A DNA stretch of 54,150 nucleotides from an uncultured bacterium (GCA_965369655.1 CBDUQR010000016.1:1-54150); one strand, 5' to 3'; numbered from the stretch's first letter, positions 8,855 through 19,155 are shown. Notes: generated by a model not told the origin, from the sequence alone. A program made the numbers and translations.

Positions 8855-10306
8855 ATGCGACCTGTTCTGAAGTTTCTCACTGATGAATTGATAGAGAAGA
8901 TTAAAGACGAAGCACGTGAACTGATCTGCAAACTCGGCGTCGAGATTCACAACGAGACTGTCGTGTCGATGCTCGCCGATCACGGTGCGAGAGTAGATGC
9001 AGAGAAACAACGCGTTTTCTTCACCGACGACATTATCGACAAATCAATCGGTTCCGCTCCGTCGTCGGTGAAGCTGTATGACGTGTCGGGCGAGCTGGCC
9101 GCAGATCTGTCCGGGTACAACGTGAACTACACACCGGGATCGGCTGCGATCAATATCCTCGATGGCGACAAGATCCGGAAGCCGCTGACGAAGGATTATG
9201 TTGATTACACGAAACTGGTGTGCGGAATGGAGCATATCGCGTTGCAGTCGACAGCGATGATACCGTCGGATGTGCATGAGCTGATCTCTGATTCATACCG
9301 TCTGTATCTGAGCCTCCTGTTCTGTGGCAAGCCAGTTGTGACTGGCACTTTCACGATTGAAGCATTCGAGATTATGAAAGATTTGCAGATTGCTGTGCGT
9401 GGCAGTCGCGAGGAACTTGCGGCGAAGCCATTGACTATGTTTTCATGCTGCCCGACGTCGCCGCTCAAGTGGAGCGAAGTGACATCTCAGAATGTAATCG
9501 ACTGTGCGAAATACTCGATCCCGGTCGAATACATTGCGATGCCGCTGTTGGGTTTCATGGCTCCGGCCACTCTCGTGGGGACGTTGATACAGCACACGGC
9601 GGAGACACTGAGCGGTCTTGCGATCAGCCAGCTTGCGAATCCGGGTACGCCGGTCGTATGGGGTGGATCGCCTGCGATATTCGATATCAGGTATGAGACG
9701 ACGCCGATGGGCGCGGTCGGCACGATGATGATCGACTGTGCTTACAACGAGATCGGCAAACATTTCGGACTGCCGACACAGGCGTATATCGGGCTTTCCG
9801 ATGCTAAGCTGCTCGATGCGCAGGCCGGACTTGAATCATCGATGGGAGCGACGGTAGCTGCTCTGAGTGGAATCAACAGCATCTCAGGACCCGGCATGCT
9901 CGATTTTGAGAGCTGTTTCTCGCTCGAGAAACTTGTGCTCGACAACGAAATCTGCGGCATGACACTTCGTATGATCGCAGGGATCGAGCCGAAGGAGGAC
10001 TTTCCGTCAATCGAAAGATTCGAGGAGTTGCTCAAAGATGGACACCTGTTGATTGCTGATCATACACGCAAGTATCTCCGGGAGGAAATACTATTCCCCG
10101 GGCCGACGATTGATCGCGCGAACAGATCGAGATGGCAGGAAGAGGGAAGCAGAAGACTCGGCGAAAGAGCGCATGGCGAAGTCAGACGAATTGTAGCCTC
10201 GTGGGACGGATACGTTCTCAGCGATGACATACGAACTGAACTAACAAAGCTGATGGAAACTGCGGCACGTCGTCACGGTATGGATAGACTGCCTGATATA
10301 CTATGA
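8855..10306 (+). CDS. Trimethylamine methyltransferase (MttB) superfamily protein, non-pyrrolysine type
   Basis: SPLKW, APATLVGTLIQHTAETLSG, PGTPVVWGG, SDAKLLDAQAGLE, SLEKLVLDNE motifs; no in-frame TAG; ATG 8855 after GGGAG (alternative 8837). Confidence 0.88.
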   Translation: MRPVLKFLTDELIEKIKDEARELICKLGVEIHNETVVSMLADHGARVDAEKQRVFFTDDIIDKSIGSAPSSVKLYDVSGELAADLSGYNVNYTPGSAAINILDGDKIRKPLTKDYVDYTKLVCGMEHIALQSTAMIPSDVHELISDSYRLYLSLLFCGKPVVTGTFTIEAFEIMKDLQIAVRGSREELAAKPLTMFSCCPTSPLKWSEVTSQNVIDCAKYSIPVEYIAMPLLGFMAPATLVGTLIQHTAETLSGLAISQLANPGTPVVWGGSPAIFDIRYETTPMGAVGTMMIDCAYNEIGKHFGLPTQAYIGLSDAKLLDAQAGLESSMGATVAALSGINSISGPGMLDFESCFSLEKLVLDNEICGMTLRMIAGIEPKEDFPSIERFEELLKDGHLLIADHTRKYLREEILFPGPTIDRANRSRWQEEGSRRLGERAHGEVRRIVASWDGYVLSDDIRTELTKLMETAARRHGMDRLPDIL

Positions 10307-11010
10307 GAGAGTTCTTCGGCATCTTAGTAGATCAAATCGTGCCATCGGTGAAAGCGGTGCTGCGAGCGCAGGGTATACCAGACGATGCGGAGCCTGCATC
10401 CAGTGTGATCGAACTTGCGGAAAGAGCTGTCGAAATGTTCAGCAGACTGGCAAGTCCGGTGGGTTTGATGTGTAATCTTGGGATTGACGAGTTCGGAGAG
10501 GTCTATGAAGGAGAAGGGCTGAACGAGGATGTTACCCCACTTGAGGATATTTACAAGCGAGCCGATCATCTCGCACTGTTTGGAGTGACCGTAGGAGAGG
10601 ACATCGGACAGGTGATCTCGTCGCTTTTTGACAAGAACGATTTCGCGCTCGGATCGATGCTCGATTCGGCAGCATCCGAGGGTGCCGAGAATGCCGCGCA
10701 GGAACTCCAACGAATGTATATCCAAAAACAGTCAGGAGAGTTTGGACCATCCGATGGAGCGCTCAGGTTCAGTCCCGGCTACTGCGGCTGGCATATCACT
10801 GCGCAACGGAAGCTGTTCGACATGCTCGACCCTGATGAGACAGTGATTTCGTTGAATGATAGTTGCCTGATGTCGCCTCTGAAGTCGATTTCCGGGGTGC
10901 TAGTGATCGGTCGAAAAGAGATATTCGAATTTGATGATTCGTTTCCATTCTGCTCAGAGTGCGCGCATCGATCATGCAGGGATAGAATAAGTTCAGTGCT
11001 GGAGCAGTGA
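10303..11010 (+). CDS. Stand-alone B12-dependent methionine synthase reactivation (SAM-binding) domain protein
   Basis: FGVTVG, RFSPGYCGW, LNDSCLMSPLKSISG, C-terminal CxxCxxxxC; overlaps the mttB stop codon. Confidence 0.85.
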   Translation: MREFFGILVDQIVPSVKAVLRAQGIPDDAEPASSVIELAERAVEMFSRLASPVGLMCNLGIDEFGEVYEGEGLNEDVTPLEDIYKRADHLALFGVTVGEDIGQVISSLFDKNDFALGSMLDSAASEGAENAAQELQRMYIQKQSGEFGPSDGALRFSPGYCGWHITAQRKLFDMLDPDETVISLNDSCLMSPLKSISGVLVIGRKEIFEFDDSFPFCSECAHRSCRDRISSVLEQ

Positions 11011-11029
11011 TAACAATGTTTGTAAATCT

Positions 11030-11143
11030 CGTGCGCGGCAGATGTCCACATCTGCCGATGACAACGCAAGATGGGGCAGACGAGGACGTCTGCCGCCCAC
11101 AGTACAGTACGAAGATGTCAGGATCGCGGGGATCCTGACCTAC
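11030..11143. repeat. Uninterrupted REP-like cluster (empty-site reference)
   Basis: GGCAGATGTCCACATCTGCC (11037-11056), GGCAGACGAGGACGTCTGCC and GTCAGGATCGCGGGGATCCTGACCTAC (11117-11143). Confidence 0.8.
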
Positions 11144-11170
11144 ATGAGTTGATAGCAGGAGTGTGATAAG

Positions 11171-11809
11171 ATGGAAATCCTCGATAAGCTGTCCGAGAGC
11201 CTTCAGAAAGGCGATGCAAAGGGTGTCGCGCAACTGACCGAATCCGCCATCGGAGAAGGGTTGTCTCCGCAGACTATACTCGACGATGGTCTCATTGCGG
11301 GCATGGCCGTGATCGGCGAGAAATTCAAGAAGCATGAGATATTCCTGCCGGATGTTCTTCTCGCAGCGAAAGCGATGTATGCGGGAATGGATTTGGTCAA
11401 GCCGCTTCTGATCCGAGACGGCATTCCCGCAATCGGAAGAGTTGTGATTGGATCGGTCAAGGGTGATCTCCACGATATCGGAAAGAACCTCGTCGGCATC
11501 ATGCTGAAGGGAGCAGGGTTCGAGGTGATCGATCTCGGCAACGATGTATCTCCAGAGAAGTTCATCGACGCCGCGCTGGAAAACGAAGCGCGGGTCATCG
11601 GGATGTCTGCACTGCTCACGACAACGATGCCGGGCATGAAAAAAGTTATCGATCTGGCGAAGGAACGGAACGTTTTCGACAAGCTGAAATTCGTTGTCGG
11701 CGGAGCGCCGGTCAACGACGATTATGCCAGAGAAATCGATGCTGACGCTTACTGTTTCGATGGAATCAAGGCAGTCGAATGCGTGAAAAGTCTTCTCGGT
11801 GTGAACTGA
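11171..11809 (+). CDS. Corrinoid (cobalamin-binding) protein, MttC/MtbC-like
   Basis: Cap domain IFLPDVLLAAKAM, DLHDIGKNLV B12 motif, MSALLTTTM, VGGAPV. Confidence 0.93.
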   Translation: MEILDKLSESLQKGDAKGVAQLTESAIGEGLSPQTILDDGLIAGMAVIGEKFKKHEIFLPDVLLAAKAMYAGMDLVKPLLIRDGIPAIGRVVIGSVKGDLHDIGKNLVGIMLKGAGFEVIDLGNDVSPEKFIDAALENEARVIGMSALLTTTMPGMKKVIDLAKERNVFDKLKFVVGGAPVNDDYAREIDADAYCFDGIKAVECVKSLLGVN

Positions 11810-11810
11810 C

Positions 11811-12704
11811 ATGGAATCCCTGATCGACAGGATCAAACGCGGAGACCTCTTGGTCGCGGATGGCGCGATGGGGACGATGTTATTTGAATCGGGACTCGAC
11901 CCGGGCGATTGCCCCGAAAAACTTAATGTAAGCAATCCAAAGCTGCTCGAAGATATTGCGCGCAGGTATCTCGATGCGGGCGCGGACATCCTGCAGACTA
12001 ATACCTTCGGTGCATCGCCATTGAAGCTCCAGCAGTATGGACTGGAAGACAAGACGGAAGAGATCAACATCACCGCAGTCGAGGTCGTGCGTTCGATTGC
12101 TGATGACAGGGCGTACGTCTCCGCATCGTGCGGGCCGAGCGGCAGGATTCTCAAGCCGTACGGTGATTGCGAGCCGGATGAATTGACCGAGAGTTTCGAA
12201 CGGCAGATTGCTGCGTTGGTGTCGGCGAGAATCGATATGCTTTGTATCGAGACAATGACCGATCTGAACGAAGCGACGATTGCGATCAAAGCTGCGCGTA
12301 AAGTCGATCCTGAGTTGACTGTGGCTGCGACAATGACTTTCGATTCGACTCCGCGAGGATTCTACACGATCATGGGAGTATCGATAGCTGATGCTGCCGC
12401 CGGTCTTGCAGAGGCAGGCGCGGATATCATCGGGTCGAACTGTGGCAACGGCGTCAGGAACATGGTAGAGATCGCGAAGGAGTTTCGTAAGTCAACGCAG
12501 ATGCCATTACTGATACAATCGAATGCCGGACTTCCCGAGATGATCGATGGCAAGCTGGCGTACAAAGAAACGCCTGAGTTCATGGCTGATGCCGCTGTGG
12601 AATTGTTCGAGCTTGGAGTCTCAATCGTCGGCGGATGCTGCGGAACGACACCTGAGCACATCGCAGCGATCAGAAAAGCGCTCGATTCGTACCAGCATAC
12701 TTAG
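11811..12704 (+). CDS. Homocysteine S-methyltransferase domain protein (MetH N-terminal / BHMT fold)
   Basis: DGAMGT, TNTFG, IETM, GSNC, SNAGLP, GGCCGT Zn ligands; 1 nt after the corrinoid gene. Confidence 0.92.
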   Translation: MESLIDRIKRGDLLVADGAMGTMLFESGLDPGDCPEKLNVSNPKLLEDIARRYLDAGADILQTNTFGASPLKLQQYGLEDKTEEINITAVEVVRSIADDRAYVSASCGPSGRILKPYGDCEPDELTESFERQIAALVSARIDMLCIETMTDLNEATIAIKAARKVDPELTVAATMTFDSTPRGFYTIMGVSIADAAAGLAEAGADIIGSNCGNGVRNMVEIAKEFRKSTQMPLLIQSNAGLPEMIDGKLAYKETPEFMADAAVELFELGVSIVGGCCGTTPEHIAAIRKALDSYQHT

Positions 12705-12756
12705 TGTCGCAATGGGTGATATGCTCAAACTTGTTTGGGCATGGACAGCACCACAT

Positions 12757-12899
12757 GTCATTCCCGCGAAGGCCCTTCGCTGTGCTCAGGATATTACGGG
12801 AATCTATTGAATGCTTTATCGTTAAATAGGCTCCCGCCTTCGCGGGAGCGACAGAGTCAGCGTCGCGCTCAGGTTTATTGGCACTTATAGGACAGCCTC
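12757..12899. repeat. Second copy of the ATTCCCGCGAAGGCGGGAAT palindromic repeat plus a MITE right end
   Basis: 12757-12858 aligns with 6716-6817; CTTATAGGACAGCCTC at 12884-12899 resembles the MITE right end; no clear left end found. Confidence 0.7.
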
Positions 12900-12933
12900 T
12901 TCACATCTGCTGCATCCTTGGAACAGATTCAGC

Positions 12934-12961
12934 TTGACAGTTTGTCAGCCGAACTTATAAT
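12934..12961 (+). promoter_or_regulatory. Sigma70-type promoter of tRNA-Thr
   Basis: TTGACA-N16-TATAAT. Confidence 0.75.
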
Positions 12962-12979
12962 AGCAGCGCGAAAACAGAG

Positions 12980-13052
12980 GCCGGCGTAACTCAGCTGGTA
13001 GAGTAGCTGATTTGTAATCAGCCAGTCGGGGGTTCGAGTCCCTTCGCCGGCT
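12980..13052 (+). tRNA. tRNA-Thr(TGT), CCA not encoded
   Basis: Acceptor GCCGGCG/CGCCGGC, anticodon arm GCTGA-TTTGTAA-TCAGC, T-loop GGTTCGAGTCC. Confidence 0.95.
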
Positions 13053-14082
13053 CTTGATCTTGTGTTTCCGCTCTCAAGTCTTTTATCAGCTTGTCGAAAG
13101 CTTTCTTGTATGATTTGGAATTTGTCCAGTCTTGGAAGTCGATGATTGTCAATTCCTTGACATCAGCAGCATACTTGTTCTTCCATTCCTCCGAATGAAC
13201 ATATTCATCGATGGTAATCGGAATCAAGACCTCAATGTCCAATCCTTGTTTCTTGAGGCTATCAGTCTTGCGCAAGGCACGATTGACTTCGCGCATTACT
13301 GGTCGTGACTCAAGAGAATTCTTGCTGCATACAAGGATCACTCTGTCTTTGTCTTTAATCTCATTATTGATGAACGCCCAGAGATCACCACTGGAATCTT
13401 CTTTGTATCTACAGCACTGGACATTTTCTTGAGTCAGATTACCGTAAAGCTTTGAGACAAACTCGTCATCTTTGTCAGAATACGAAATGAAGCATGTATG
13501 ATAATTGAAGTTCACCAGAAAACGTCCCAGATGTTCAATAAGGGAATTGGGATAACCGCATGCCCGCAAGAACGATGCGGGAAGTCCACCGCTCTTGAGC
13601 ATGGTGCGAATGTCAATGACATTTGGATACTTGTGTTGACATTTATCGAGTCCTACACAGTCATTTATTGCTGAGTCGATGATGACCGTCTCTCCCAGTT
13701 TGCTGAACGACAAGTCCGCTTGGCTGAGACATGAATGTCGAAAGGTGCATTTATACAGGTCTGTCCCCTGCAGGTTAGCGCGCAGCAGGTTTGATCTCTC
13801 AAAATGCGCACGCATCAGATTGGAACCGTACATATTGGTATCTATGAGCTTGGAGCCGCTAAAGTCAGCACCATCGAGGTTTAAATGAATGAGTTCTACT
13901 CCGGAGAGGTCAACCTTTGTCAGGTTAGCATTAGGTAGTTGGAAGCGATTCCGTGGTGGTTTGAAATCGGTCAGGTTAATAAGGGCACTTGACATCCCCA
14001 TAAGTACTGGATTCTCCTTCCTCCACTTATTCCATTCCTTCACACCCTGCTCAAGTATCTCCGAATACTTCGGCTTCGCCAT
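13018..14082 (-). CDS. Pentapeptide-repeat + C-terminal TIR domain protein
   Basis: WNKWRKENP start, A(N/D)L pentapeptide repeats, CFISYSDKD TIR box 1, SKNSLESRPVMREV with the conserved Glu, LIPITID, IIDFQDW. Confidence 0.88.
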   Translation of the reverse strand: MAKPKYSEILEQGVKEWNKWRKENPVLMGMSSALINLTDFKPPRNRFQLPNANLTKVDLSGVELIHLNLDGADFSGSKLIDTNMYGSNLMRAHFERSNLLRANLQGTDLYKCTFRHSCLSQADLSFSKLGETVIIDSAINDCVGLDKCQHKYPNVIDIRTMLKSGGLPASFLRACGYPNSLIEHLGRFLVNFNYHTCFISYSDKDDEFVSKLYGNLTQENVQCCRYKEDSSGDLWAFINNEIKDKDRVILVCSKNSLESRPVMREVNRALRKTDSLKKQGLDIEVLIPITIDEYVHSEEWKNKYAADVKELTIIDFQDWTNSKSYKKAFDKLIKDLRAETQDQEPAKGLEPPTG

Positions 14083-14178
14083 ATCTTCCTCCGCGGGGCA
14101 TACATGTTCCTATCTGCTTGAGAGAACTTATCTTCAGTCAGGAAGGTATTCTCAAGTTGCAAACTTGTCAAGAAAAGC

Positions 14179-14229
14179 GTCAGGATCGCCCTTCGCAAGG
14201 CTCAGGACTTTGCAGGGCTCCTGATCTAC
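14179..14229. repeat. GTAG-type REP interrupted by a 24-nt micro-insert
   Basis: GTCAGGATCGC[24 nt]AGGGCTCCTGATCTAC vs intact copy at 11117-11143. Confidence 0.75.
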
Positions 14230-14367
14230 GGGAATTCTCACTGCCGCCCACGGAATCCATATATATCGTTGACAATATTGGCTTTTATAGTAAATTGATA
14301 ATGCATGAATGGGCTTTGTGAGTTTTCAAATCTGATGGAATTATTGAAGTTATAAAGAGGAGTTGTA

Positions 14368-16503
14368 ATGTCTTCGTCGAGTCTAATACCACGATCCTCA
14401 TCCCCAAAAACATCGCCACGACTATCTGACAATCAATTGATTCTGCGCCAGTTCCGGGCATTATGCGCCCTGATTTTGATCGCGGGTCTCATGTCGGCGT
14501 CTGTTCATGCGGAGCTTGTATCGTCATCTGAGGCAGAGTTGGTCGGGCAGAATTGGATTACAAGCATTACCGACCTGAACGGTGACTGGGCAGGAGATGT
14601 TGCTCCCAAAGTCGCCAGTTCTGACGACATCTATCTCGGCGACACGCTGATCGCGCGAGTATATGCAGTTACGCCGTCCGGATATATCCTGGTTCCGGTG
14701 CTCAGGGAGCTTCCGCCGGTTGTTGCGTATTCCGAAGAATCGAGTTTCGATATCAATGCCGAGGATGGCTTCTGCGCTATGGTGAGCGAAGTGTTGACCC
14801 ACAGAGTCCGGCTGTTCGTTCAGGCGTATGGTAGTCTGGATCAGCGACAGGAGGACTTCGATCTGAAGCTTTTCGGTTCCAGCAATCAGAACGAATGGAA
14901 CCGTCTCGCTGTGTCGCCGGAGGAATTCTCTCAACTCCGTGGCGGAGCATCAGCGCAGACTGTCGGTCCTCTCCTGACCACGAGTTGGCATCAGGGATAT
15001 CCGTATAATCTTCTCTGTCCGATGGGAGATGGCGGGCGATGCGTTGTAGGCTGTGTTGCAACCGCCACAGCGCAGATTTTGGCGTATTGGAATTGGCCCA
15101 CTGCCGGATCGGGAAGTTCAAGTTATTACTGGTATGGCGATAATTCATGCGGAGGAAGCACACCGGGTCAAACTCTCAATGCCGACTATTCAGATTCGTA
15201 TGACTGGAATAATATCGTCAACAGTTGCAGCGGCGGATGCACTCAGGCGGAGATCAATGCGCTCTCGGAACTCTGCTACGAGGTAGGCGTTGCGTTCGAG
15301 ATGGATTATGGAAAGTGTGGTTCCGGCGCATACACGTCGTACGCTCAGACGGTGTTCCCGACCTATTTCAGGTACGACCAATCGATAACCCGTCAGGATA
15401 GAGACAATCACTCTCCCGAATCCTGGTTCGTGCTGGTCCAGGAGGAGATCAATGCAGATCGTCCTATGCAATACAGAATCAGCAGGCACTCGATCGTTTG
15501 TGATGGCTGGCAGATGGTCGGTGAAACGAAGCAGTACCACTTCAATTACGGCTGGGCCGACAGTCACAACGCCTGGTATACTCTCGATGAGCTTTTCTGC
15601 AACTGGGAAGGTTGTACGCCGATGGTGGAGTACATGATCAAGGACATCCAGCCCGAAGCGGACACCGACAATGACGGGTTTGTCAATTCGCTCGACAATT
15701 GTCCCGTGACATATAATCCCGATCAGGCCGATGTTGACGACGATGGCGTCGGAGATGTCTGTGACAACTGCGTGACAGAGCCGAATCCTCTCCAGGGCGA
15801 TGCCGATGATGACGGAATTGGCGATGCGTGCGATTCTGATGCTGACAATGATGGTCTCCTCAATGAGAACGACAACTGCTGGCTGGTTGTGAACCTGCTT
15901 CAGGAGGATGGCGACGGTGACGAAGTCGGCGACTCATGCGACAATTGTCTTGAAGTGCAGAATCCGTATCAATATGACGAGAACGGCGATGGTGTAGGAG
16001 ATGCCTGTGACGGCGAGTTGCATATCCAGGCGTACGATGTGCCTGACGCTTATCTTGATCAGCCGTATTTCTATCAGTTCTGGGCTGTCGGTGGGATCGA
16101 ACCTTACTTCTGGACGAAGCTCATTGGTCAGCCTCCATACGGCTGTACTTTCCACGGTGGGGAAGTCGGGACGATTGAGGGCACGCCATCATGGGAAGCG
16201 CAGTACTTCATGGCAATTGAAGTCATGGATTCGGACAACCCCCCGAGCTACGATATCATGAATGTGATTATCGACGCTATCCCGGGACAGCAGTATACTT
16301 GCGGCGATGTAAATGAGAGTGGCGATGTAGACATTGATGATGCTGTTTTTCTTGTCACCTACATCTTTGCAGGTGGCCCCGCACCTGACCCGATGGCTGC
16401 CGGTGACGTGAACTGTAGTGACAATATCGACATAGATGATATCGTGTACCTGATCAATTACATCTTCGCCGGCGGTCCCGAGCCATGCGCCGCGTGTCCC
16501 TGA
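14368..16503 (+). CDS. Secreted C10 (streptopain-like) cysteine peptidase with prodomain, thrombospondin type 3 repeats, Ig-like domain and C-terminal dockerin-like domain
   Basis: [19 protein letters not shown] (catalytic Cys), HSIVCDG, YHFNYGW; DNCP..NPDQADxDxDGxGDxCD repeats; twin Ca-loop tail; true start may be downstream (TTG near 14437). Confidence 0.88.
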   Translation: MSSSSLIPRSSSPKTSPRLSDNQLILRQFRALCALILIAGLMSASVHAELVSSSEAELVGQNWITSITDLNGDWAGDVAPKVASSDDIYLGDTLIARVYAVTPSGYILVPVLRELPPVVAYSEESSFDINAEDGFCAMVSEVLTHRVRLFVQAYGSLDQRQEDFDLKLFGSSNQNEWNRLAVSPEEFSQLRGGASAQTVGPLLTTSWHQGYPYNLLCPMGDGGRCVVGCVATATAQILAYWNWPTAGSGSSSYYWYGDNSCGGSTPGQTLNADYSDSYDWNNIVNSCSGGCTQAEINALSELCYEVGVAFEMDYGKCGSGAYTSYAQTVFPTYFRYDQSITRQDRDNHSPESWFVLVQEEINADRPMQYRISRHSIVCDGWQMVGETKQYHFNYGWADSHNAWYTLDELFCNWEGCTPMVEYMIKDIQPEADTDNDGFVNSLDNCPVTYNPDQADVDDDGVGDVCDNCVTEPNPLQGDADDDGIGDACDSDADNDGLLNENDNCWLVVNLLQEDGDGDEVGDSCDNCLEVQNPYQYDENGDGVGDACDGELHIQAYDVPDAYLDQPYFYQFWAVGGIEPYFWTKLIGQPPYGCTFHGGEVGTIEGTPSWEAQYFMAIEVMDSDNPPSYDIMNVIIDAIPGQQYTCGDVNESGDVDIDDAVFLVTYIFAGGPAPDPMAAGDVNCSDNIDIDDIVYLINYIFAGGPEPCAACP

Positions 16504-16544
16504 TGTTGTGACAAATTCGATTGGGTTCAGCGTCACTATCCTGA

Positions 16545-18212
16545 GTGATCATTTCCTTTGGCCGAAGGCAGGATAACTTGCCGAGTCACGCAACAAGAAC
16601 GATAACTAAGCTGGTTGTTCTGATTGTGGCTCTTTGCGCAACGGCATCCGACTCGCTTGCTCAGGTAAGTACTACCGGCCCCGAACCTCCTCCCGGCATC
16701 GATCGCGGAATCAGGACAGCGACTCGTTCCCAGACGATTATCTTCGGCGTTCCTCCGTATGAGTGGCATCACGGTTGCGGTCCGACTGCCGTCGGCATGG
16801 TTGTGGGATTCTGGGATGGCAACGGTTATCCTGATCTCGTAGAGGGTGATGCTGCAGACCAGACTCCGGCTGTGAATGCCATGATGGCAAGCGACAACAA
16901 CTATGCAGCCTGCGGACAATCGTGGCAGGATCACTATCAGGACTATTCGTGTCCCCGCGACGGCTCTGGACCAATACAGGCAGATCTGTCGGAACTGGGT
17001 GGCGCACATGAGAGTGAATGCGTGGCCGATTTTATGCATACGTCGTGGAGCGTCTACGGACTTGCTTACGGCTGGAGTTATTTCTTCGACGATAATCTGG
17101 CGTTCATAGAATACGTGTCATTGAAGGAGCCGAGCGCGGACCCCGTAGCAGCGACCTATTACTTCGATGATTTCAGTTGGGAACAATACAAGAACGAAAT
17201 CGACAATCGAAGGCCGATGGTCCTGCTGGTCGACACTGACGCTGATGGTAACACGGATCATTTTGTGACCGGGATAGGCTATGACGAATCGGAATACGAA
17301 TACGGCATATTCGACACTTGGAACAGGAGCGTGCACTGGTTCAGATGGCGCAAGATAGCTCCCGGTTCATCGTGGGGCATCTACGGGCTGACGACATTCG
17401 GACTCGACGTTATCTGCGTCGACAGCGACGGCGATGGTCTCGGTGATCCGGGTCATCCGGAGAACACATGCCCTGACGATAATTGCCCGTACATCTCCAA
17501 CCCGCAGCAGGAGGATACCGACGGTGACGGACTCGGTGACGTTTGCGATCCTGATATCGACGACGACGGAATCCTGAACGAATCAGACAACTGCGTCTAT
17601 TCCGGCAATCCGGATCAGGAGGATAGCGATGGCGATGTTGTCGGTGATTCATGCGACAACTGTCTCGATGTTCACAACCCGGAGCAGTACGATGAGAATG
17701 GCGATGGCATAGGCGACGCCTGTGACGGTGAATTGCATATCCAGGCGTACGAAGTTCCAGACGGATACGTTGGCATTTCGTATTACTACAAATTCACTGC
17801 TGTGGGAGGAACAGAGCCATACTACTGGGACAAGACAATTGGCCAGCCTCCGTCCGGATGTGTTTTCACCGGTGACACTATGGGCACTATCAGCGGAACT
17901 CCGAACTGGGCGGCGACATACTTCATGAAAATCCTCCTTGTCGACTCTGATGTTCCGCCGAAGCAGGATACGCTCGGAGTGTTTATAACAATCGATTACG
18001 GGGAAGCACTGTGCGGTGATGTCAACGGGTCGTTCGCAGTAGACATTGACGATGTTGTTTACATCGTCAACTACATCTTCTCAGGCGGACCGCCTCCAAA
18101 TCCAATGGAATCGGGAGATGTTGATTGCAGCGGCAATGTCGATATAGATGATGTAGTGTACTTGATCAATTACATTTTCACGGGCGGCCCCGAGCCGTGC
18201 GCAGCGTGCTGA
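16545..18212 (+). CDS. Secreted papain-fold (C39/C10-like) cysteine peptidase with TSP3 repeats, Ig-like domain and dockerin-like domain
   Basis: [35 protein letters not shown]-terminal half paralogous to the upstream gene; start uncertain (possibly TTG 16578). Confidence 0.78.
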   Translation: MIISFGRRQDNLPSHATRTITKLVVLIVALCATASDSLAQVSTTGPEPPPGIDRGIRTATRSQTIIFGVPPYEWHHGCGPTAVGMVVGFWDGNGYPDLVEGDAADQTPAVNAMMASDNNYAACGQSWQDHYQDYSCPRDGSGPIQADLSELGGAHESECVADFMHTSWSVYGLAYGWSYFFDDNLAFIEYVSLKEPSADPVAATYYFDDFSWEQYKNEIDNRRPMVLLVDTDADGNTDHFVTGIGYDESEYEYGIFDTWNRSVHWFRWRKIAPGSSWGIYGLTTFGLDVICVDSDGDGLGDPGHPENTCPDDNCPYISNPQQEDTDGDGLGDVCDPDIDDDGILNESDNCVYSGNPDQEDSDGDVVGDSCDNCLDVHNPEQYDENGDGIGDACDGELHIQAYEVPDGYVGISYYYKFTAVGGTEPYYWDKTIGQPPSGCVFTGDTMGTISGTPNWAATYFMKILLVDSDVPPKQDTLGVFITIDYGEALCGDVNGSFAVDIDDVVYIVNYIFSGGPPPNPMESGDVDCSGNVDIDDVVYLINYIFTGGPEPCAAC

Positions 18213-18215
18213 ATC

Positions 18216-19100
18216 TTGACAGAAAACGACGTTAAGAAAATCATCGTAGTCTCTGACGGCACTGGCAGGACTGCCCGGCGACTCATGGACGCGGTGCTCG
18301 CACAGTATGCGGGGCATGAGGCTCGATTCCGGCTCGAACATATATACAGCGACACAAGAACTCTGAAGCAACTCGCGAATATCATCGACGAAGTCGATCC
18401 CGACTCACTCGTCATTTTCTCTCTGATCGCCAAGGATCTAAGAAAGTATTTTCACAAGCGTCTCCACGAAGAAGAGATACTCCATCTCAATGTGCTGGAG
18501 CCGATGCTCTCGACGATGACCAAGTTCCTCGGCTTCCACCCTGAGTTCAAGCCCGGATTGCTTCAGATTATTGATGACAAGTACTATGAGAAAGTGGATG
18601 CGATCGGATTCACCGTAGAGCATGACGATGGACTCGGTCATCAAATCAACAAAGCCGATCTGGTGATTGTCGGCCCGTCGAGGACATGCAAGACCCCGAT
18701 CAGCATGTTCCTCGCGTGTAACTATGGCATGAAAGTAGCCAATATCCCGACGGTGAAGGGCAAAGAACAGGAACGCAGACTCCTCGATCACTTGAAAGAT
18801 GTCGATGATCGGAAAATTGTCGGTGTGACTATGCGCGCAGAAGTTCTTGCTCAGGTCCGGGAAGAGAGATCCGTGTTTCTTGTAAACGACGATGATTCAT
18901 CGGTGATTGATTCCTATGCGAGCATCGAGCAGATTGAAGAGGAACTGAAGTATGTCCGGGGTTTGTGCAATCGACAATGCTGGGAGATGGTGAACGTGAC
19001 TCGTCGCGCGATTGAAGAAATCTCTGCGGAGATTCTGGCGCTTCTGTTGTCTGATATTGACGACATGCCGGGCAAGGCCGATCTCGATGCTCGCGAGTAG
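18216..19100 (+). CDS. Kinase/pyrophosphorylase (PEP synthase / PPDK regulatory protein, DUF299)
   Basis: VSDGTGRTA, FTVEHDDG, GPSRTCKTP, KVANIP, RRAIEE. Confidence 0.88.
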   Translation: MTENDVKKIIVVSDGTGRTARRLMDAVLAQYAGHEARFRLEHIYSDTRTLKQLANIIDEVDPDSLVIFSLIAKDLRKYFHKRLHEEEILHLNVLEPMLSTMTKFLGFHPEFKPGLLQIIDDKYYEKVDAIGFTVEHDDGLGHQINKADLVIVGPSRTCKTPISMFLACNYGMKVANIPTVKGKEQERRLLDHLKDVDDRKIVGVTMRAEVLAQVREERSVFLVNDDDSSVIDSYASIEQIEEELKYVRGLCNRQCWEMVNVTRRAIEEISAEILALLLSDIDDMPGKADLDARE

Positions 19101-19155
19101 GGCTTGATGAAAAGGATTGTTGGCTTGAAATGCCGGGTGATCACCGCCCCGCACC

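Noticed and set aside
8855-10306. Pyrrolysine recoding in MttB
   Set aside because: The frame is open with no in-frame amber codon, and no pyl genes are in the window
10796-12289. 497-aa minus-strand ORF and other long antisense ORFs
   Set aside because: Shadow frames of well-supported genes on the opposite strand; no motifs
14189-14203. CCCTTCGCAAGGCTC as an att duplication of the tRNA-Thr 3' end (CCCTTCGCCGGCTC)
   Set aside because: Better explained as the micro-insert within a REP; no integrase nearby
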